A stretch of DNA of 64,000 nucleotides. It comes from a virus. Below, one piece after another: positions 52,511 to 64,000 of the stretch; within the stretch, counting starts at the first letter, position 1; the number at the start of each line of letters is the position of its first letter. The DNA is taken from the IMG/VR virus record IMGVR_UViG_3300002092_000025. One strand, 5' to 3'. The notes beneath the pieces were generated by a model. That model did no database searches. It saw only the letters and a list, made by a program, of their open reading frames with translations, and was not told the origin of the DNA. The position numbers and the translations under genes are program-made.

Positions 52511-55351
52511 TTATCTGCTAGTACTCCAGCCGATACTATTGATTATGTCTTCGTTTGTGCTGAGATTTTGATCCGATGTTTTAGATATTTGTAAACCATC
52601 TGCTAATGTAGTTGATGTTATTAACGTTTTTTCCAGACTCTGATTAGAGTTGTTATCTACTCTAGCGAGATAATAATTTGATAATTTTGGTGGAGTAATT
52701 GGTTGTGACTTAATATATGCCTGTTCTGTAGGAAGTGAAACTGTTTTTCCGGTTGGTGTCGGGGGCGTCGGTGTTACTGTAAATAATGCTGATCCGGTGC
52801 CAGTGGGAGTTTGAGCTAATGTTAATGAACCGGTTGAAAAATTACTGTTTACAGATATTGAAGTTCCAACTGGTAGTGAAGGGGTTCCTACATACGTTGT
52901 AGTTACTGCAACTAGACCTTGTGGAATAGTTGTATTAACAGATAACGCAGCCGACGGAAAACTACTCGTAGCATATCCTGGACCGTTAACGGTTATTCTA
53001 ACAGCACCACCTGCTCCTAATCCGTTAGGGCCGCCACCTCCGCCAAAAAGACCGCCATTTGCCCCTACCGCATTATATCCATAAGAACCACCACCACCAC
53101 CACCACCACCATCTTTTCCCGAACCATAAAGGTTAACACCACCACCGCCTGTTCCGGTTCCACCACCACCACCACCACCACCGGTGCTTGCTGCTGGACT
53201 AGTAGTCGATCCTGTTCCTCCAGCTGCGGTATATCCACCAGCACCGCCACCTCCGTAGCTTCCATTAGACGACGGACCACCAGCATACCCGCCATTTGCT
53301 CCTATTGCTGGTAAAGTGCCTACTGATAAATTACCACCCGGTGCTCTTACAGTACTATAGTACATAGTAACATTTGTGTATGATTGAGCAGTACCGAGCT
53401 GTAATGCGCTAGTTGAATTAGGTGAGTTACATAATTGTATAGTTAGATTACTTGGATCGGCAGATAATATATAATATATCTGTAACGCAACTATCGTTGA
53501 GATAGCTTTATCGAAATAAACCGGAGTACCAGCAGTCAGATTTGTCATTGATGTTCCTGTTGGTAATCTTAAAGATATTTGGGCCGCAAATACAGTTCCA
53601 GTTGTTACCGATCCTCCAGTACCAGTAGTAGCGGCTGTAAAGCTACTTCCCATCGCATAAGTAACACCACTAGTACCTGCGATAGTGTTCCATTGTAATT
53701 GAGTAGTATTACCTAAATTTGCGATAACATAACTAGTTCCTACTGTTAAAGAAGTCCCACCTGCTGTTATTGATGCAACATCGTATGCAGTAGCAGTTGG
53801 AATGGTCTTAGATCCAGGAAAAATTATTCTAACTGCTCCGGGTCCACCACCACCGCCGATAGCCGATGCACTACCACCGCTACCAATTGAACTCGATGCA
53901 CCACCGCCACCACCAAAAGCACTCATACTTGCGTAAAGAGTAGTACTAGTAGGTACAGATACAAAGTATGGATTTGTAATATTAGTAAAAGAAGTGATCA
54001 AGGTGCCGCCGGTGCCTACTGTTACATATCCAGTTACGCCGACTCCGGTGATAACCATTCCAGCAACAAGCGTAATCGACGTAGAAGATGTTAGTGTTGA
54101 CACCCCAGTTACTGTATTTGTTACTGTAATAGTTCCTAAGAAAGAAATATTATTGTAATTTCCGCCTTGTCTACCATTGGTATTATCACTAGTTTGTCCT
54201 AATCCGGCACCGCCAGCAATACCACCACCGCCACTTCCGCTACCAGCTCCTCCACCACCGCCTGTAGTAGTATTACTGCCCCCGTTAGCAGTAGTATACG
54301 CACTAGTGGTATATAATCCAACTCCACCACCGGCTCCACCGCCAGCGAGACCCTGTGCACCAGGTGCACCTTGCCCACCACCAGCACCACCTCCTGTAGT
54401 TGTATTTCCTGCTGCTGACACACCACTACCGCCAGCACCTCTACCGCCAGCACCTGCCCACCCACCACCACCACCACCACCACCGCCTCCGCCAGCAACG
54501 GTAGAAGCTCCACCACCACCACCGCCTGGACTGATAACTGCTGTACCGTTTATTCCAACAGCAGTTAATGAAGCAGTTATAGCTGTATATGATGTAAAGA
54601 CATTTGTTGAAGATGCAGTTCCTACAGTACTATTTGTTGGATTAACTCCCCCATTTGTTCCGCCAGAACCTCCCGCTGCGATCGCAAGAGTAACATTTGG
54701 CGTACCAACTGCTACGATAGACGATGCTCCTCCTGGATTTCCTGCTCCTGTTGTTGATTGTACTGCACCGCCCGAACCAACTGTTATATTGTAGGTACCA
54801 CCTGTATTTGTAACATTATTAATATATACTAATGAGCCACCGCCACCACCGCCGGTGGCACTGGATCCACCACCGCCACCACCGCCACCTATTAAAATTG
54901 CTGAAAAACTAGTACCAGGTATGGTTACATTACTAGCATTTCCAGTAAAGATCATCTGTCCAGATGCAGTCGATACTACGCTAAATGTCCCAACTATTGG
55001 TGCACCATTGGAATCAAATATTATACTATCAAAACCAGCACTTGCTGCTGCATTACCAGTTGATGCTCCACCAGAACCTACAACAATGGCTATACTAGTT
55101 CCGCCAGTTACTGGTATATTATTCCTATAGCATAGATATCCGCCACCCCCGCCATTTCCGCCGCCACCTGCGATACAGACAGCATTGATACTAGTAACAC
55201 CGTTTGGTATAACAACACCATAACTTCCCGGAGTGCAGAAAGTAATTTCGTTGTTATTAGTATAATTGTATACTCCAACTAGGTCTTTGCTAGTAGTATC
55301 GGTTATCCAACCTACAAAAGTAGCAGGTGACGGTGAAAGATTAGTTCCCAT
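52511..55351 (-). CDS. Glycine-rich fibre/adhesin protein
   Basis: Poly-Gly GGGGG motifs, GAVRI domain ends, Ser/Thr rich. Confidence 0.8.
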   Translation of the reverse strand: MGTNLSPSPATFVGWITDTTSKDLVGVYNYTNNNEITFCTPGSYGVVIPNGVTSINAVCIAGGGGNGGGGGYLCYRNNIPVTGGTSIAIVVGSGGASTGNAAASAGFDSIIFDSNGAPIVGTFSVVSTASGQMIFTGNASNVTIPGTSFSAILIGGGGGGGGSSATGGGGGGSLVYINNVTNTGGTYNITVGSGGAVQSTTGAGNPGGASSIVAVGTPNVTLAIAAGGSGGTNGGVNPTNSTVGTASSTNVFTSYTAITASLTAVGINGTAVISPGGGGGGASTVAGGGGGGGGGGGWAGAGGRGAGGSGVSAAGNTTTGGGAGGGQGAPGAQGLAGGGAGGGVGLYTTSAYTTANGGSNTTTGGGGGAGSGSGGGGIAGGAGLGQTSDNTNGRQGGNYNNISFLGTITVTNTVTGVSTLTSSTSITLVAGMVITGVGVTGYVTVGTGGTLITSFTNITNPYFVSVPTSTTLYASMSAFGGGGGASSSIGSGGSASAIGGGGGPGAVRIIFPGSKTIPTATAYDVASITAGGTSLTVGTSYVIANLGNTTQLQWNTIAGTSGVTYAMGSSFTAATTGTGGSVTTGTVFAAQISLRLPTGTSMTNLTAGTPVYFDKAISTIVALQIYYILSADPSNLTIQLCNSPNSTSALQLGTAQSYTNVTMYYSTVRAPGGNLSVGTLPAIGANGGYAGGPSSNGSYGGGGAGGYTAAGGTGSTTSPAASTGGGGGGGGTGTGGGGVNLYGSGKDGGGGGGGGSYGYNAVGANGGLFGGGGGPNGLGAGGAVRITVNGPGYATSSFPSAALSVNTTIPQGLVAVTTTYVGTPSLPVGTSISVNSNFSTGSLTLAQTPTGTGSALFTVTPTPPTPTGKTVSLPTEQAYIKSQPITPPKLSNYYLARVDNNSNQSLEKTLITSTTLADGLQISKTSDQNLSTNEDIINSIGWSTSR

Positions 55352-55354
55352 TTT

Positions 55355-55660
55355 TTACCCCCATCCTAATCTTCTGTTTGTGTTTATATTTTGAGCATCT
55401 TTTACAAAATTTACATCTATTTGTTGAATTCCAGTTGCTATTACAGAGAAAGTCGCAGTTCCAGTTGTTGATGCCGTTTTACTCATGATCAGAGAAGGAG
55501 TAGTGCTGCTGATATATGTACCTGAAGGAATCCCTGACGCAACTATTGTATAATATTGATAAGCAGTCGGTGGCGGAGTGGGCGAAGTTATCGTGTTTGA
55601 ATTCTGTGTAAGTGTTCCGGTAAATGTAGTTAATACCTGTCCAGGAGAGATATTTGCCAT
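55355..55660 (-). CDS. Small structural protein
   Basis: GIPSGTYI module common in fibre proteins. Confidence 0.7.
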   Translation of the reverse strand: MANISPGQVLTTFTGTLTQNSNTITSPTPPPTAYQYYTIVASGIPSGTYISSTTPSLIMSKTASTTGTATFSVIATGIQQIDVNFVKDAQNINTNRRLGWG

Positions 55661-55666
55661 TTTGTC

Positions 55667-57142
55667 TTACCTCTTTGGTACTGCTAAACCAACACGATAA
55701 CCCCACCCGTCAGCTAATGGCCATATAGAATATGTAATACCACTAACAGTAAATTCATCCCCCGCAGCATAGTCGCCGTTGAAAAGATAAATTCCGGATT
55801 TATCGCTTATTAGTCCGCCAATATTATTATAATCTGCTCTATTCCAAACCATAGGATGTAAAACATAAGAACCTTTCGCAGACACGTCAGCTGATGGCCA
55901 TTTAAAATAAGCATTTACTGTTGATGTACTAGCATTATATTCTGTTATCGTGGGTCCGTACAGAGATGCCGATTGTAATCCATGCCACGCTGATCTAGAT
56001 ATAGAGGTATCTGTTACATTTCCTTTAATAGTTGAAAGATAACCATTATAAATACTAGTTGAATTATAGTTAATAGTACCAGTACCAGCTACACCAGCGG
56101 ATGTTGTACCAAGTGCTGTATTAGTTGTTGTTCCAAGTGATGTTTGATCAGAAAATCCTCTTATATTAGTTCCAAAACTAACTTTCTGTCCAGTAACTAG
56201 CGTTGAACTTAAAAAAGAATTGTTATTAACAGTAGGAGCTCCATATAAATTCCATTGCCCTGTTGTATTAGCTGTTGCATCTAGGGTATTCATTACTGAA
56301 AAAGTAGTATTTGAATTACTAGATGGAAATCTAGGATTAAAATTATAATTTAAAGTTAAAGATCCAAACCCTAAATCATAGTTCCAACTTAATCCATAGT
56401 ATGGTCTATATGTTGAATCTCTTCCATTAATCCAAGAAACTGGAACTATACCATTAGTGTCAGTATTCCATACATCTAACCTTGTATATTGGCTGCTAGA
56501 AAACGGTCCGTATTGTTTTGGAGAAGAATAGGCCCAATTAGTTGGAGTAGTTTCGTAAACCATATACCATCCGGATCGCGTTTGAGTAGGAGAAGCACTT
56601 GCAGCCCAAGTAAATGTAGTAGGACTTATATATGCCCAATAACAAAAAGCGTTACCAGCTGCCCATGTTTGTGCGGCACTAGCATTAGTAGCACCTAACA
56701 CCATCGCTGTAGCTGCTGATGTAGTATTACTAGTAAATGTTGGACTAGCGGATGTTGCATGTTGGAATGTAGTAGGTGTTAATTGTAGGAAAGAATTAGT
56801 GGTGCTAGTATCTTGTATTAATGACTTAATAGTTAATGTTGGACTAGCACCTGAGTAATAATATGCTAACGGCATAACATCAGAAGTAGTATAGATAATT
56901 TCGCTGTTGGCTGCATCAAAATACCCACTCTTAATAACAGCTATCAATGCAGCACTCGCAGCACTTCCGTTTACATTTATACTATTAAAAAATATTGTAG
57001 CATTTGCAGTTCCGGTATTAGTTTTAAAGCTATTGTTAGTTACCCAGTTAAGATTAGTAGTTAGATTATTTAAAATCCAATATATAGAATCAAACCATAT
57101 GCTAGGAGCTTGGGCTGTATTAAAATTCAGTTTTATAAACAT
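55667..57142 (-). CDS. Structural/fibre-associated protein, paralog 1
   Basis: MFIKLNF start and FNGDY...WPLADG...GLAVPK end shared with the neighbour. Confidence 0.8.
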   Translation of the reverse strand: MFIKLNFNTAQAPSIWFDSIYWILNNLTTNLNWVTNNSFKTNTGTANATIFFNSINVNGSAASAALIAVIKSGYFDAANSEIIYTTSDVMPLAYYYSGASPTLTIKSLIQDTSTTNSFLQLTPTTFQHATSASPTFTSNTTSAATAMVLGATNASAAQTWAAGNAFCYWAYISPTTFTWAASASPTQTRSGWYMVYETTPTNWAYSSPKQYGPFSSSQYTRLDVWNTDTNGIVPVSWINGRDSTYRPYYGLSWNYDLGFGSLTLNYNFNPRFPSSNSNTTFSVMNTLDATANTTGQWNLYGAPTVNNNSFLSSTLVTGQKVSFGTNIRGFSDQTSLGTTTNTALGTTSAGVAGTGTINYNSTSIYNGYLSTIKGNVTDTSISRSAWHGLQSASLYGPTITEYNASTSTVNAYFKWPSADVSAKGSYVLHPMVWNRADYNNIGGLISDKSGIYLFNGDYAAGDEFTVSGITYSIWPLADGWGYRVGLAVPKR

Positions 57143-57151
57143 AATCTTTCC

Positions 57152-58975
57152 TCAAGTCTTAGGCACTGCGATGCCTAACCTCCTAGTAAATCCATCCGCC
57201 ATTGGCCACAGTGCATAATTCGTTCCGCTATATGTAAAATAGTCATCTGGTTGATAGTCACCGTTGAATAACATAAATCCTGCTAGTGTAGGTGTTAGTT
57301 TTCCACCTGCTGTATTATATGAACTATTTGACCATACTAGCGGAAATAATCCAAACGATGAATTTCCGCTAGCATCAGGGAATTTATATGCTGGTTGATC
57401 CCATAAAACAGGTGTTATTGCTCTATCAGTAACATTTCCGGCAACACACATAATAGATGTGCTTGACGTTATACTTACACTGTTTGGATTTGATATAACC
57501 CAGGATAATGCTGATCCTGATGATATAGACATATTTCCTGTTATACCCGGACCTGATAAAGTCTGTCCAACAGCAACAGTTCCTTGTGATACAGACTGTA
57601 TAGTTAGTGTAGTACCTGAAATAGACGCATTTATAACTGCACCATTTAAATCACCCAGAGGAGCACGTTCAAGTGTTCGTTGATCAGTTCCGATATAAAC
57701 ACCGGCGTTGTATGTTGGGGACCAGGTTCCACTAGCATTTGGTGTAGGATTTTGGATACTTAGAATTTTATAAGATTGGGAACTAGTATATGCATCCCCA
57801 AATAAGAAATCCTGTGCAGCCATTCCATACCAACCTTTTTGACATCCAGTTGTTCCGCCGGCGGCTGCTATACTTGTATAACCACCGTTGTACATAACTG
57901 GAACGTATCCATTAGAGACTACAGCCGTGCTGTCATATGGTGTAAACTCACTAACAAAAGCAGGACCAAAATGTGCAGCGAAATTATTATTTGCATTTAT
58001 TCCATGAGGAATATATCCATCAACATTCATAGTTGGGCCAGGGCCTGTGGAGGCTACCCTGACTATTGGATTTGCGGTGTGATGATTAAATAAACTATTT
58101 GTAATACTAAATGTATTAGCTTGGTTTGTATTTCTAAGATAATAATAGTTTCCGAGAGCAACACTAGTATCTGAGGGGTTGCCTAATGATGAGAATGATA
58201 TTCTAGATCCATCAGCAACTAAAGTAGTTACGCTTGTTAATGTTGTTGTAGCAGTTGTGGTTGTTGCTGTAACAAAAGGTCTAGATGTAGTCATTAACCA
58301 TCCTTGGTCAGTTTTAGAACTCGTAGGACCTTTCCCTCCAATTAATACAGAATATTGATTCATAAACATAAAGAAGCTAGTAGCCAATGACATTTGATAT
58401 CCGATAATCTGATCCGATCCGTTAGTGAGGGTGTATGTATTAGCGATTTGTCCGCTTGCTTGCCCTTGGCTGCTCGATGACACGCCCACAGAGAATGGTG
58501 AAGCTCCTGTTATACTCCTATAAGTTCCTAAAGTAAGATTAGTACTCCCATCATATTTTAACCTTACATAGTATTTTCCCGATTTATCTGTTGAAGAAGT
58601 TGGTGAATATGTACTGATAGTTCTTTCAAAAATTAATTCCGGTCCGGTGGTGTTTGTTCCAGTATATGAAAGGGTTGAACCATAAGTTCCTACTGTAGAA
58701 CCAGGGAAATTTGTTCCACCTACAGTACTTTGCCAGTTCCATGACCAAGGAACTGTTGTAGCATAACCTACCCCCGGAGATGCTGTACGAAAAATTTCGC
58801 TAGTTCCGACATCGAGTAACGATCTAGTAGTACTGTCTATATAATTATTACTAGTATAGTCAGCTAATGATGTAAGATCAGAGACTGAAAGAACATTATT
58901 AGCTATTATCAGTCTAACCATATTAAAGATATGTTTCCATTCAACATTGCCAGTAAAATTTAATTTAATATACAT
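57152..58975 (-). CDS. Structural/fibre-associated protein, paralog 2
   Basis: MYIKLNF start and FNGDY...WPMADG...GIAVPK end. Confidence 0.8.
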   Translation of the reverse strand: MYIKLNFTGNVEWKHIFNMVRLIIANNVLSVSDLTSLADYTSNNYIDSTTRSLLDVGTSEIFRTASPGVGYATTVPWSWNWQSTVGGTNFPGSTVGTYGSTLSYTGTNTTGPELIFERTISTYSPTSSTDKSGKYYVRLKYDGSTNLTLGTYRSITGASPFSVGVSSSSQGQASGQIANTYTLTNGSDQIIGYQMSLATSFFMFMNQYSVLIGGKGPTSSKTDQGWLMTTSRPFVTATTTTATTTLTSVTTLVADGSRISFSSLGNPSDTSVALGNYYYLRNTNQANTFSITNSLFNHHTANPIVRVASTGPGPTMNVDGYIPHGINANNNFAAHFGPAFVSEFTPYDSTAVVSNGYVPVMYNGGYTSIAAAGGTTGCQKGWYGMAAQDFLFGDAYTSSQSYKILSIQNPTPNASGTWSPTYNAGVYIGTDQRTLERAPLGDLNGAVINASISGTTLTIQSVSQGTVAVGQTLSGPGITGNMSISSGSALSWVISNPNSVSITSSTSIMCVAGNVTDRAITPVLWDQPAYKFPDASGNSSFGLFPLVWSNSSYNTAGGKLTPTLAGFMLFNGDYQPDDYFTYSGTNYALWPMADGFTRRLGIAVPKT

Positions 58976-59265
58976 TATGGATTATCTCCACTTACTTCTT
59001 CTGATTGAGTAATTATTTTTGGTAAATCAGTAACAGATTCGTATTCACTTAGCGTATCTTTTAAAACAACGTCTTTATTTAAAATCGCAAAAAATCTACC
59101 ATATTGATTTATAAAATAGAAAGTTTGTATATTATCGGCATTTTCGGAAAAGTATTCTGGGAATTGATTTTGTTCACATGGAGGATTTAATAATACGATA
59201 GCGATATGTCTATCGCTATCAATATCAGCTAGATGTAGGTATTGTTTAAATTCTTCGTATATCAT
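58975..59265 (-). CDS. Hypothetical protein (possible fibre chaperone)
   Basis: Small acidic ORF directly after the collagen gene. Confidence 0.7.
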   Translation of the reverse strand: MIYEEFKQYLHLADIDSDRHIAIVLLNPPCEQNQFPEYFSENADNIQTFYFINQYGRFFAILNKDVVLKDTLSEYESVTDLPKIITQSEEVSGDNP

Positions 59266-59267
59266 CT

Positions 59268-63998
<4,731 letters not shown>

Positions 63999-64000
63999 AT

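Overview
This is a 64-kb segment of a large T4-superfamily (myovirus) jumbo phage. Gene order and content resemble Rak2/GAP32/Atu_ph07-type phages. Several independent signals point to an alphaproteobacterial host: a tRNA-His with G1:U72/A73 and no G-1, an alpha-type FdxA, a DUF1127 gene and many leaderless mRNAs. Positions 1-12.6 kb are a higher-GC early/host-takeover region of about 45 small + strand ORFs. They sit behind about 20 near-identical strong sigma70 promoters (TTGAC[A/G]-N13-TGCTATTAT) and include five tRNAs, SutA-like and HigA-N-like microproteins, and a structured intergenic RNA candidate. A non-coding island at 8.14-8.69 kb carries helically phased repeats and two antisense promoters. 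Positions 12.8-17.4 kb hold a T7 gp0.7-like kinase and other proteins with capsid-targeting-like N-termini, a ferredoxin, and a DUF1127/phasin-like operon. Positions 17.4-35.1 kb are the AT-rich replication/recombination block (DnaB, primase, mini-DnaE, UvsW, UvsY, UvsX, gp32), interrupted by carbamoyl-, methyl- and glycosyltransferases. Positions 35.2-64 kb encode morphogenesis functions (terminase, gp4, tube, sheath, neck), a dNMP kinase, a GT2-TPR/methyltransferase operon, and fibre proteins. The last gene is a giant (GPT-GXT)n collagen-like protein that runs off the window. All family assignments are by motif recognition; no database searches were run.
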